DNA of 64,000 nt from an uncultured beta proteobacterium (GTDB lineage Bacteria > Pseudomonadota > Gammaproteobacteria > Burkholderiales > Burkholderiaceae_F): positions 8,673 through 72,672 of the forward strand of contig CAVPPW010000003.1 of NCBI GenBank assembly GCA_963707445.1, in the 5' to 3' direction. Position 1 is the stretch's first letter. Each line of letters begins with the position of its first letter. Under the pieces are notes generated by a model. The model saw nothing but the letters and a program-made list of their open reading frames with translations, ran no database searches and was not told the origin of the DNA. Shown here in pieces: positions 49,290 through 58,889 of this stretch. The position numbers were made by a program, and so were the translations under genes.

Positions 49290-49700
49290 TCACTCGACCG
49301 GCGGCGCGTACACAGGCTGCGCGTAAGTAATGATGTTGAGCCACGCGCCCTGCGGATCGCCGATCACCGCGAAGCGGCCGACGCCGGGGATATCGGCCGG
49401 CCCGTGCAGCAGACGGCCGCCCAGCGCCTTCGCCTGACGGGCGCATTCATCGACGTCGTTGACGGTGACATAGCAGCACCAGGACGGCGGCATACCGCCG
49501 GCCGCGGCTTCGGGCGGCATCTTCATGATGCCGCCGACCGAAGTGCCCTCGGTCTTGACGACGTGATAGTCGCCTTGCGCCATCGGCATTTTCTCGAGGG
49601 TCCAGCCAAAGAGCTGCTGATAGAAGCTCAGCGCGGCCTGCGGGTCGCTCGTCATCAGTTCGCTCCAGCTGAACGCACCATGTGTCTTGTACGCGTCCAT
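49290..49700 (-). CDS. VOC/glyoxalase-family protein
   Basis: ATG at 49700 follows GGAGG (alternative at 49712). Supporting text: HGAFSWSELMTSDPQAALSFYQQLFGW...GRFAVIGDPQGAWLNI. Confidence 0.85.
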   Translation of the reverse strand: MDAYKTHGAFSWSELMTSDPQAALSFYQQLFGWTLEKMPMAQGDYHVVKTEGTSVGGIMKMPPEAAAGGMPPSWCCYVTVNDVDECARQAKALGGRLLHGPADIPGVGRFAVIGDPQGAWLNIITYAQPVYAPPVE

Positions 49701-50018
49701 CGTGCCCTCCATTGCGCATCTGTGCCGCAAACGCAAGTTTAGGGTGACGCGGAAAAGTTTGCGCCGCTATCAAGCCGCAGGCGCTCGGGTTGTGACCGCG
49801 TAAATTCGCCTGCCACATTTCACCGACATCCGATGCGCACCGGCTAGCCCGTCTGCATTGCCGCACAGGCACCAGGGTTGCCCGCATCGCGTACTCAGGA
49901 CCGGGAAAAGGGAAAGACGCCGATGCCGCAGCGCGCGTGCGGAACCGCGCAGACATGGCAGCAAGGCGCCTAGACTGCTGGCCCGGAGCGCCGTATTGCC
50001 CACACCCTGAGTAGTTCG

Positions 50019-50615
50019 ATGGATTCGCTTGCCGTCACGGTCCGACCGCTGACTCCGTCCCGCTGGCGCGACCTCGAGGCTGTGTTCGGGGCACGCGGCT
50101 GTTCGGTCGCGCGTGGCTGCTGGTGCATGTTCTATCGTGAAAGCGGCCGGCAGTCCGTGCCGGCCGGCACTCGTCTTGCCGACCTGCGGCGGCGGCGGAT
50201 GCAGACGCTCTGTGCGGCGGGACCGCCGCCAGGACTGATCGCCTATGCGCAAGGCCAGCCGGTCGGCTGGGTGACACTCGGCCCGCGCCAGGATTTCCTG
50301 CGGCTCGCCCGCTCTCCCGTGATGAAGCCCGTCGATGACGCGCCGGTGTGGTCGGTCGTCTGCTTCGTGGTTCCGACGGAGTATCGCAAGCGTGGCGTCG
50401 CCGCCGCGCTACTGGAGGCTGCGGTGGCGTACGCGGCCCGGCGTGGCGCACGCGTTGTCGAAGCCTATCCGGTCGACCGCGCAACGCGTGCTCCGGACGA
50501 TGCGCTCTGGTTTGGCACGAAGTCGATGTTCGACAAGGCAGGCTTCACCGAAGTCGCGCGTCGGCGGCCTCAACGGCCGGTGATGCGCATCGAACTGCAA
50601 AAGTCGGCGCGCTGA
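50019..50615 (+). CDS. GNAT-family N-acetyltransferase
   Basis: An intact 198-aa ORF. It contains VVPTEYRKRGVAAALLEAAVAYAARRGARVVEAYP (acetyl-CoA motif A-like). Confidence 0.8.
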   Translation: MDSLAVTVRPLTPSRWRDLEAVFGARGCSVARGCWCMFYRESGRQSVPAGTRLADLRRRRMQTLCAAGPPPGLIAYAQGQPVGWVTLGPRQDFLRLARSPVMKPVDDAPVWSVVCFVVPTEYRKRGVAAALLEAAVAYAARRGARVVEAYPVDRATRAPDDALWFGTKSMFDKAGFTEVARRRPQRPVMRIELQKSAR

Positions 50616-50680
50616 ATCGGCGCGACAGGACGCCGGCCGCGTGCGCCCCCGGCGGTATACCGACGCTGTAGCGATGCGGA

Positions 50681-51992
50681 TTAGTGGGCTCGCCCCGCGG
50701 CGCGCTGCACGCATTCGGCCGCCCGCCGCGCGAGCAGCAGCTGTTCCGTGCGGTTGCGCGTCATCGACGCGGCCCGTTCGAATTCCCTGCGAGCTTCGTC
50801 GAGCTTGCCGAGCTTGAACAGCAGGTCGCCGCGCACGCTCGGCAGCAGGTGATACTGCGCAAGCTGCGGGTCGGCGCGCAGCGCGTCAGCGGCTTCGAGC
50901 CCGGCTGCCGGGCCGTAGGCCATCGACAACGCGACCGCGCGATTCAGTTCGACGATCGGCGACGGCGCAGTCTGCGCCAGTGCGTCGTAGAGCGCGACGA
51001 TGCGCGGCCAGTCGGTTGCATCAGACGTCGGAGCGCGCGCGTGACACGCCGCGATCGCCGCCTGCAGCGCATATGGCCCGAGCCCCGGGCCCCCGGCGCG
51101 CTGCACCAGCGCTTCAGCATGTTCGAGCGCCGCCAGGCCGCGGCGGATCAGAAGCTGGTCCCAGTGCGAGCGGTCCTGGTCGAGCAAGCAGGATCGGTTC
51201 GCCGCCCGGCGCGGTCCGCGCCCGCAGCCGCGACGCCTGTATCTCCATCAAGGAGACGAGGCCGTGCACTTCGGGTTCGTCCTGCGCGAGGCCGGCGAGG
51301 ATGCGACCGAGTCGCAGCGCTTCGTCGCATAGTGCGGGCCGCATCCAGTCATCGCCGGCGGTGGCGGCATAGCCTTCGTTGAAGATCAGGTAGATCACCT
51401 CGAGGACCGAGGCGAGCCGCGCCGCGAGTTCGGCCGGCGCAGGCACCTCGAACGGCGCGCGCGACTCGGCCAGCGTGCGTTTGGCGCGCACGATCCGCTG
51501 CGCGATCGTCGGTTCGGGCACGAGAAACGCGCGCGCGATCTCGTCGGTGGTCAGGCCGCCGAGCAGCCGCAGCGTCAGCGCCAATCGGGCCTCGCGCGAG
51601 AGCACCGGGTGGCAGGCGATGAAGATCAGCCGCAATAAATCATCGCCGATCGGCTCATCAAAGGCGCGCTCGATGGCTGCGTCCAGGTCCGGCGCAGCGT
51701 CGATCAGCTGATTCTCGATTTCGTAGGTGAGAGCGTCAGCCTTGCGCGCGTGCAATTCGCGGCGCCGGATCAGGTCGATGGCGCGATGCTTCGCGGCCGC
51801 GGTGAGCCAGGCCGCGGGGTTGTCCGGAACGCCGCTTGCGGGCCACTGCTCGAGCGCGGCGACGAGCGCGTCCTGCGCCAGCTCCTCGGCCAGGCCGACG
51901 TCGCGAAGCACGCGCGCCAGCGCGCCGATGATGCGGGCCGACTCCATGCGCCAGACCGCTTCGATCGTGCGATGGATCGCGTCGGTCGTCAT
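50681..51992 (-). pseudogene. ECF sigma factor with a long C-terminal TPR-like extension (ECF42-like) with one frame break
   Basis: Sigma2 reads AEELAQDALVAALEQWP...PAAWLTAAAKHRAIDLIRRR. Sigma4 reads LRLLGGLTTDEIARAFLVPEPTIAQRIVRAKRTL. The extension continues in ORF 50681-51187. The join is near 51185. Confidence 0.85.
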
Positions 51993-52014
51993 GCGCCGCG
52001 CGACCCGGCCCGGC

Positions 52015-52368
52015 TCAGGTGAAGCACGGGCCGAGCTCGCGCACTTCGACCGTCGCCCAGCGCGCAGCCGGGCATTCGGCCGCGATTTCTACCGCCTGCG
52101 CGCGGGTCGGAACGTCGAGCAGAAAAAAGCCGCCCACCATTTCCTTCGCTTCGGCAAAAGGCCCGTCGACGAGCGTGCGTCGGCCGCCGCGCTCGCTGAC
52201 GCGCACGGCGGCCTCGTCGCTGCGCAGCGACTGCGCCGCGACGAGTACACCGCGCGCCTTCAGCCCGTCGGCGAATTGCAGCATGCTGTCGTAGAGTCCG
52301 CGGCCCTCGTCTTCGCTGCGCTCGCGCCGCTGGCCCACGGGCTCGACGATCAGCAACATGTAGCTCAT
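52015..52368 (-). CDS. YCII-related (DGPF-motif) protein
   Basis: Supporting text: MSYMLLIVEP...LVDGPFAEAKEMVGGFFLLDV. GAGGAA lies upstream. It ends 22 nt before the sigma gene. Confidence 0.85.
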   Translation of the reverse strand: MSYMLLIVEPVGQRRERSEDEGRGLYDSMLQFADGLKARGVLVAAQSLRSDEAAVRVSERGGRRTLVDGPFAEAKEMVGGFFLLDVPTRAQAVEIAAECPAARWATVEVRELGPCFT

Positions 52369-52378
52369 GATTTCCTCG

Positions 52379-52792
52379 TCAGCTGGGGACGGTGACCATC
52401 CAGCCGACGCCGAAGCGGTCGGTCAGCATCCCGAAGCACGGTGACCAGAAGGTCTTGCCGAGCGGCATCGTCACCTTGCCGCCATCGGCGAGCGCGTCGA
52501 ACATGCGACGCGCCGCCGCCTCGTCCTTCGCAGTCAGCGACAGCGAAAAGCCGTTGAACTGCGGCTTGCCCGAGCAGAATCCGTCCGACAGCATGACTTC
52601 GGTGTCGCCAAGCTTGAACGAGGCGTGCATCACCTTGTTCTCGCTGCCCGGTGGCAGCGTGCCCGGAGGCGGCGACTCGGGCGCCTCGCGGTTGCGCATC
52701 AGCATGCTGACCTGCGTGCCGGTCGCCTTGGTGTAGAACGTCAGCGCCTCCTCGGCGCGGCCTTCGAAGAAAAGATAGGGTTGCACGTTCAT
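52379..52792 (-). CDS. VOC-superfamily protein (PhnB-like)
   Basis: Supporting text: MNVQPYLFFEGRAEEALTFY...VMHASFKLGDTEVMLSD...FGMLTDRFGVGWMV. Confidence 0.85.
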   Translation of the reverse strand: MNVQPYLFFEGRAEEALTFYTKATGTQVSMLMRNREAPESPPPGTLPPGSENKVMHASFKLGDTEVMLSDGFCSGKPQFNGFSLSLTAKDEAAARRMFDALADGGKVTMPLGKTFWSPCFGMLTDRFGVGWMVTVPS

Positions 52793-52807
52793 CGGGTGTC
52801 CTTTCAG

Positions 52808-53293
52808 TCAGCGTGCCGCGGCCTGCAACGCGGCAATGTCGATCTTCTTCATCTTCATCACGGCGGCCATCACGCGATCGGCGTTCGGCCCGGTCATCAG
52901 CTGCTCGATGATGCTCGGCACGATCTGCCATGACAGTCCGTAGCGATCCTTGAGCCAGCCGCACTGCTGTGCGCGCGCATCGCCGCCCGCGCCGAGCGTG
53001 TTCCAGTAATGGTCGACTTCCTCCTGAGTGTCGCAATTGACGACGAACGAGACCGCCTCGGTGAACTTGAACACCGGGCCGCCATTGAGTCCCATGAACG
53101 CCTGGCCGTCGAGATCGAAGGTCACGACCATGACCGAGCCGGCCGGCCGCCGATGCACCTCGAATCCCGCTTCGCCATAGCGCGAGATCGTCTTGATGCG
53201 CGAGTTCGGGAAGAGCGAAACGTAAAAGTTCGCGGCGGGCTCGGCCTCGCTGTCGAACCACAGGCAAGGCGTGATGCGATGGATGCGTGCCAT
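52808..53293 (-). CDS. VOC-superfamily protein (3-demethylubiquinone-methyltransferase-like domain)
   Basis: Supporting text: ITPCLWFDSEAEPAANFYVSLFPNS...CGWLKDRYGLSWQIVP. Confidence 0.85.
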   Translation of the reverse strand: MARIHRITPCLWFDSEAEPAANFYVSLFPNSRIKTISRYGEAGFEVHRRPAGSVMVVTFDLDGQAFMGLNGGPVFKFTEAVSFVVNCDTQEEVDHYWNTLGAGGDARAQQCGWLKDRYGLSWQIVPSIIEQLMTGPNADRVMAAVMKMKKIDIAALQAAAR

Positions 53294-53302
53294 GGCAGTC
53301 TC

Positions 53303-53743
53303 CTAAGCGGTCTGCTTCTGGGCCTTCGCGCGGCGTTCCATCTCGGCGCGCTGCCGCTCTTCCTGCTCGCGCAGTTCCGGCGTGAATTCAGCGCCGAAGT
53401 CCTCGGCCTCGAATACCGGCCGCAGTTCGAGCTCGGCGCCGCCGTCAAATGGGGCCCGCTTGATCCATTCGACCGCCTCTTCCAGCGACTTCACCTGCCA
53501 GAGCCAGAATCCGGCGATCAGTTCCTTGGTCTCGGCAAACGGTCCATCGATCACCGTGCGCTTGCTGCCCTCGAAGCGCACGCGCTTGCCGCGCGCTGTC
53601 GGGTGCAGTCCCTCGCCCGCGAGCATCACGCCGGCCTTCACCAGTTGCTCGTTGAAGTTGCCCATTGCGGCCAGGACTTCCTGGCTCGGCATCTGCCCTG
53701 CTTCGGATTCCGCATTGGCCTTGACGATCACCATTACACGCAT
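53303..53743 (-). CDS. YCII-related (DGPF-motif) protein
   Basis: Supporting text: MRVMVIVKANAESEAG...VIDGPFAETKELIAGFWLWQVKSLEEAVEW. Confidence 0.88.
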   Translation of the reverse strand: MRVMVIVKANAESEAGQMPSQEVLAAMGNFNEQLVKAGVMLAGEGLHPTARGKRVRFEGSKRTVIDGPFAETKELIAGFWLWQVKSLEEAVEWIKRAPFDGGAELELRPVFEAEDFGAEFTPELREQEERQRAEMERRAKAQKQTA

Positions 53744-53795
53744 GACTTGCTCCTTGAGTGGGTGCGCGGGCTAAAACTGGCCCGCGTAATGTGAC

Positions 53796-53822
53796 GTCGA
53801 ATGAGAGTTGCAGCAATCGACA
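53796..53822 (-). promoter_or_regulatory. ECF-type promoter candidate TGTCGA-N17-CGAC upstream of the YCII/VOC/sigma operon
   Basis: The minus strand reads ggtTTGTCGAttgctgcaactctcattCGACgtcac, about 55-80 nt upstream of the ATG at 53743. It matches my recollection of the ECF42 target motif. Confidence 0.5.
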
Positions 53823-53856
53823 AACCCTCATCGTCCGCGGTGTTACGGCGTCGGCT

Positions 53857-54114
53857 TCAGCCGCCGCTCAGCGCCTGCACGATGCACACTTCGTCGGTCG
53901 GCCGAACCGCAAGGCCGAGGTCGAAGGTCGGCTCACCGTTGACGAAGAAGCGGACATGGCGCCGCATGCGGTCCTGCTCGTCGATCATCCGGAAGCGAAT
54001 GCCCGGATACTGCCGATCGAGGTCGGTCAGCAGCGCGCCGAGGGTTGCACCTTCGGCATCGACATGCGCGCGACCGGTATACGACAGCAGCGGACTCGGG
54101 ATCAGGACCTTCAT
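53857..54114 (-). CDS. MoaD/ThiS-family beta-grasp protein ending in Gly-Gly
   Basis: The sequence is MKVLIPSPLLSYTGRAHVDAEGATLGALLTDLDRQYPGIRFRMIDEQDRMRRHVRFFVNGEPTFDLGLAVRPTDEVCIVQALSGG*. It starts 8 nt after the BNR gene stop. Confidence 0.8.
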   Translation of the reverse strand: MKVLIPSPLLSYTGRAHVDAEGATLGALLTDLDRQYPGIRFRMIDEQDRMRRHVRFFVNGEPTFDLGLAVRPTDEVCIVQALSGG

Positions 54115-54122
54115 CGAGTCAC

Positions 54123-55365
54123 TTACGCCGGTTCCGCGATCTCCACCGAGTAAATTTCGGGCAGGTGCCGCGCGATGCACTGCCACTGGGCGCCTTCGTC
54201 GCGGCTCATCCACAGCTCGCCGCCCGACGTACCGAAATACAGTCCCACCGGGTCGCGCGCGTCGCCCGCCATCGCCTGCCGCTTGACTGTCCACCAGGCC
54301 TGCGCCTCGCGGCATGCCCTGATCCTGGCGCTGCCATGTCTTGCCGCCGTTGCGGGTCCTGTACACCGCCGGCCTGCCGTCGATGCTGGTGCGCGGCCAT
54401 ACGGTCTGACCGTCCATCGGCAACACCCAGCAGGTGTCATCGTCGCGCGGATGCACGACCATGTTGAAGCCGACGTCGCCCACGGTCTTCGGCATGTTGC
54501 GGCCGATGCGCACCCAGGTGTTCGATGGACGATCGATGCGGTAGATGCCGCAGTGATTCTGCTGGTACAGGCGGTCGGGGTTGCTCGGGGCAACACGAAT
54601 GCAGTGCGGGTCGTGCACCGTCGGGTCGTTCTTCGGAAAGCCCTCGACGACGTCGAGCCCATCGATCAGCAGACTGAACGTCTGGCCGCCGTCGGTGGAC
54701 TCGTGCACGCCGCCGCCCGACATGCCGAGATAGATGTGCTTCGGGTCACGCGGGTCGACGATGATCGAGTGCATCTTCGGCCCGTCGGGCGTTCCGTCCT
54801 GCACCGTACCCATCCACGCGATGTACCGCGGATCATCGTTGATCGGCGAGGCGCCGCGCCAGGTGACACCGCCGTCGTCACTGCGGAACAGGCCCTGTGG
54901 CGATGTGCCGGCATACCAGACCCCGGGCTCGTTCGCGTGCGCCGGTGTCAGCCAGAAGGTGCTATCGACGACTCGGCCCTTGCCGTCGTCGCGCTTCGCG
55001 AACGCGGGCGGCTGCTGCGCCTCCTTCCAGGTCTTGCCGAGATCGGTCGAGCGGAAGACGGTCGGCCCGAGGTGGCCGGTCTTGGCGGCGGCGAGCAGCG
55101 TGCGTCCGTCGCGTGGATCGAGCACGACATGCTGGATGATCTGGCCGAGAAAGTGCGGCCCATCGATGCGCCAGTTGCGCCTGGTCGCGTCGCCGTGGAA
55201 CAGCCACGTGCCCTTGCGCGTCGCGACGAGTACGGTCGGACCGCGCTTGGCCGGACTTCGCGTCGTGCGCCGCGCATTTTTCTTCGTGCTGCGCGTTGCG
55301 GACTTTCTGATGCGGCTGGCAGTCCCTTTCGCGGACTTCGCAGCCTTTTTCTTGGCAGTAGACAT
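54123..55365 (-). pseudogene. BNR/Asp-box repeat (sialidase-fold-like) protein with a Lys/Arg-rich N-terminal tail; one frame break
   Basis: ATG at 55365 follows GGAGGA. The tail is MSTAKKKAAKSAKGTASRIRKSATRSTKKNARRTTRSPAKRG. The Asp-boxes are STDLGKTW, SDDGGVTW, STDGGQTF, TRNGGKTW and SRDEGAQW. The C-terminus (..WWTVKRQAMAGD..HLPEIYSVEIAEPA) lies in ORF 54123-54662. The join is near 54310. Confidence 0.8.
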
Positions 55366-55478
55366 GGGTCCTCCATCGCAGGGCCGAAACGATAGGCGCG
55401 AACCGGGCCGATGTCAGCGTCGGGCGACGAGATTTGCCCCGATCGGCGCCGGTTCGTTCCTGGCACGTCGAACGGGAC

Positions 55479-55512
55479 GCGCCCGGATCGACATCCGGGC
55501 GCAAATTTTTTT
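55479..55512 (+). terminator. Canonical intrinsic terminator oriented on the plus strand, between two minus-strand genes
   Basis: GCGCCCGGAT-cgac-ATCCGGGCGC (10-bp stem) is followed by AAATTTTTTT. In the minus orientation no U-tract follows. Confidence 0.55.
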
Positions 55513-55524
55513 CGCTCTCGGCGC

Positions 55525-56608
55525 TCAGGCGCCGGCGGCTTCCCGCTCGAGCAGCGCCCGCTTGCGCTCGACGCCCCAGCGATAGCCCGCAAGGGCGCCG
55601 TTGGCACGGACCACCCGATGGCACGGGATCGCCACGGCGACCGGGTTCGACGCGACCGCGTGCGCGACCGCGCGGACCGCGCTCGGTGCACCGATCCGGC
55701 GCGCGATCTCCGAGTAGCTGGTGGTCCGGCCGGCGGGAATCGCGCGCAGCGCCTGCCAGACGCGGTGCTGGAACGCGGTTCCGCGGACGTCGAGCGGAAG
55801 GTCGAGGGTCTGTCCTGGGGACTCCACCAGGCCAACGACGCGAGCGACCATGCGCTCGAATTCGGCATCACCGCCGATCAGTTCGGCGCGCGGAAAGCGG
55901 TCCTGCAGATCGCGCGCGAGAGCGTCCGGATCATCGCCGAGCAGGATCGCGCAGACGCCATGTTCGCTCGCCGCCACCAAAATGGCGCCGAGTGAACACT
56001 GGCCGATCGCGAATCGGATCCGCATCCGTTCGCCGCCGGCGCGATAGCGACTCGGCGTCATGCCGAGGAGCGCCGGCGCCTGGTCATAGAAGCGACCGCT
56101 CGAGTTGAAGCCGGCGCCGTAGATCGCGTCGGTCACGCGCTCGGCGCGGCCTAGGCTGGCATGCAAACGGCGCGAGCGATGGGCATCCGCGTACTGCTTC
56201 GGCGTGACGCCGGTGGCCGCCTTGAAGATCCGATGCAGGTGGAACGGACTCAGGCCGGCACGCTGCGCGAGCGCCGTCAACGTCGGCGGCGACTCCGCGG
56301 CCTCGATGTGGCGGCACAGCGCGGTCACGAGGTCGGCGCGCGGATCGGCGCTGCCGGTGCGGTCAGGACGACAGCGCCGGCACGGGACGAAAGCCGGCAT
56401 GTTTCGCGTCGGCCGCGCTATCGAAGAACTCGACGTTCTCCGGACGCGCGCGGCGTGACGCGCACGAGGGCCGGCAAAAGACGCCGGTCGTGCGCACCGC
56501 ATAGACAAAGCTGCCGTCGGCGGCCGCGTTCCGGGCCATGACCGACGCCCATCTTGGATCGCTCGCCGTACGAGCCGCGCGGCGCTCGCGTGTCGTCATC
56601 GTCTTCAC
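55525..56608 (-). pseudogene. ada: Ada: methylphosphotriester/O6-methylguanine DNA methyltransferase with an AraC-type activator domain; one frame break
   Basis: The N-terminus reads FVYAVRTTGVFCRPSCASR (ORF 56363-56608). The AraC HTH reads LSPFHLHRIFKAATGVTPKQY. The C-terminus has IPCHRVV. The join is near 56390. Confidence 0.88.
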
Positions 56609-56735
56609 TCGCTGCTCCGATCATCTTATCGATGGATGCAGCGTAAGTGGGACGATGCTTCGAAGGCACTCCGCGGCTTGCGGTCGAATCCGGGATCCGT
56701 CCGCGCCGGCAATCATCCGCACTTGTGACGCGGAA

Positions 56736-56773
56736 ATGAAAAACGCGCCGGGGCAGAGCATGCTCCCGGCGCG
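56736..56773 (-). terminator. Intrinsic terminator of the cytochrome-c-domain gene
   Basis: On the minus strand, CGCGCCGGG-(12 nt)-CCCGGCGCG is followed by TTTTTCATTT. It starts 16 nt after the stop at 56789. Confidence 0.7.
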
Positions 56774-56788
56774 TCGGGGGAAGACGAA

Positions 56789-57708
56789 TTACTGGCCGAT
56801 GCGGCGGCGCAGGCGACCCAGGGCGGCGAGCCCGGCAAGACCGAAGACCGCGCCGAGACCGAGCGCGCCGTCCGCCACCGTCCTTGGAGTCGTCGGTGCC
56901 CGACGCGGAAGCCGCGCTGGCGATCGCCGTACCTTCAAGTGTGATGTCGCGCGACGGAACGTTGTTTTCGAACTTGATCGACCAAGTCTCCGTGCGCACT
57001 CCCGACGCCAGCGGGGCAAAGCGAACCCCGAACGAGCAGCTGGTACCAGGCTCCAGTCTGTAGCCGGGCACGCAGTTGGTGCTGCCCTGTGGGGCGATCG
57101 TCGAGGCGAATTCGCTGGGCTTGCCCGCCGGCGGCACGAAGGCCGGCGTCGCGAACTTGACCGCTGCCGACGTGCTGTTGGTCACGAGCACGCCGCTGGT
57201 CGCGCTTTCCTTGCCGATCTCGATACTGTTGAAGCGGGCCACATCCGGGGATCGTCGTCGGCGTTGTGCTCGGCGGTGCCGGCGCGCTGGCGCAGGCGCG
57301 GGTGCAGGCGCTGGCGTGCCCGGTGGCAGGGTCAGCGGCGGCGGCGGTGGGGCGGCCTGTCGCGCCCGCGATGTAGGACGCCACGTCAGCGCGCATCTGC
57401 GGCGTCCAGACGGCGTACTGATTCATGCTCTTCGAGTTGCCGGGCGCGGCGATCGCGGCGCTCATCCTTGCAACGATGATGGCGGCATCCGTCCCCTCGC
57501 GGATGTTGAAGATGTTGGCCGCACCGTGGCAGTTCTCGCAGGCCAGTGGCACGCCGTTGGGAATCGCAACCGGTGTCTTGTACAGCGTCGCGCCAGTTGT
57601 CGGATTGCCGACCTGCGCCAGCGCCGATCCGCTCAATCCGACCACGGCGAGCGCCGCGACCGTGGGCGGCAGTGACCGCAGGTGAAACAGCGATTTTCGA
57701 TTCGACAT
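56789..57708 (-). pseudogene. Exported protein: monohaem cytochrome-c-like domain, Pro/Ala linker, choice-of-anchor-D-like Ig domain, Gly-rich/TM/Arg-cluster C-terminal sorting-signal-like tail; two frame breaks
   Basis: The signal peptide is VAALAVVGLSGSALA. The haem motif is CENCH. After a break near 57245 the text reads ARFNSIEIGKESATSGVLVTNS...STNCVPGYRLEPGTSCSFGVRFAPLASG. After a break near 56885 it reads ..DGGG/DGALGLGAVFGLAGLAALGRLRRRIGQ*. Confidence 0.65.
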
Positions 57709-57922
57709 GGCAGGCTCGCAGCGTTGGAGTCTTGGACAGGCAGTCTATGGAGAGCGGGCCTGTTTTTCCCTCGTACAAACGTCGTAACGCGAACCGACCG
57801 AACGCATGAGCCAATCCCCTCGATCCGCGACGCGGCGGTGGTCCCGCCGCGCGGCCGGGGGCTACCCGCGCCGGTCCGCCGTCCTTATCCTGCACGTCCC
57901 GCCTTGATCGACAGGAAACGCC

Positions 57923-58889
57923 ATGTCAGCACTTGCTCTTGTGCGGAAGACCGTCTTTGCTTTGGCCGCTCTGTCGGCTCTGGCTCGGGCCGAGCCAGTC
58001 GTTGCGGCCGCCCCGGTGGCCAAGAGCCAGCCGGGCCACTACCGGATGATGCTCGGCGACTTCGAAGTGACCGCGCTTTCCGACGGCACCGTAGACCTGC
58101 AGATCGCGCAGCTGCTGACCAACACGACTCCTGCCCGGGTGGCGCGGGCGCTCGTCGCGCCAATACCTGCAGGACCCCGTCGAGACCTCGGTCAACGCCT
58201 ATCTGATCAACACCGGGTCGAAGCTCGTCATGGTCGACGCCGGTTCAGGCAGCCTGTTCGGCCCGACTCTCGGCAAGCTGGTGGCGAACCTGCGCGCGGC
58301 GGGTTACCAGCCGGAGCAGGTCGACGAGATCTACATCACCCACATGCACGCGGATCACGTGGGCGGCCTGACTGCCGACGGCAAGGCGGTTTTTGCGAAT
58401 GCGATCGTGCGGGCTGACCAGCGCGAGGCCGACTACTGGCTCAGTCCGAAGAATCTCGCGGCCGCGCCGGCCGATGCGAAGTCGTTCTTCGAGGGCGCGA
58501 TGGCGTCGATGCGTCCCTATGTCGATGCGGGCCGGTTCCGCGCGTTCGATGGCGATACCGAGTTGGTCCCGGGCGTGCGCGCGCTGGCGGCGCGCGGTCA
58601 TACGCCGGGACACGCGGTGTTCGTCGTCGAGAGCCGCGGGCAGAGGCTTGTGCTCTGGGGCGACCTGATGCACGTCGCTGCCGTGCAGTTTCCTGAGCCG
58701 TCGGTGACGATCAAGTTCGATACCGATTCGAAGGCCGCAGCGGTACAGCGCAAGAAGGCCTTCGCCGCAGCGGCCAAACAGGGGCAGTGGGTCGGCGCCT
58801 CGCATCTGCCCTTTCCGGGGCTGGGCCATCTGCGTCCCGACGGCAGCGGTTACGACTGGATCCCCGCGAACTACAGCGTGCCGCGCTGA
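57923..58889 (+). pseudogene. Exported MBL-fold metallo-hydrolase with one frame break
   Basis: The signal peptide is ALVRKTVFALAALSALARA. ORF 57923- joins ORF 58230-58889 near 58150. The zinc motif is ITHMHADHVGG. Confidence 0.85.

Noticed and set aside
53857-55365. A single 502-aa ORF suggesting a natural BNR-MoaD fusion protein.
   Set aside because: The linking segment (..PRGAGLVDSQAAGDGGRRARPGG..) is low-complexity out-of-frame text. The family-typical BNR C-terminus, with its own stop, lies in another frame (54123-54662). The MoaD-like part has its own ATG at 54114.
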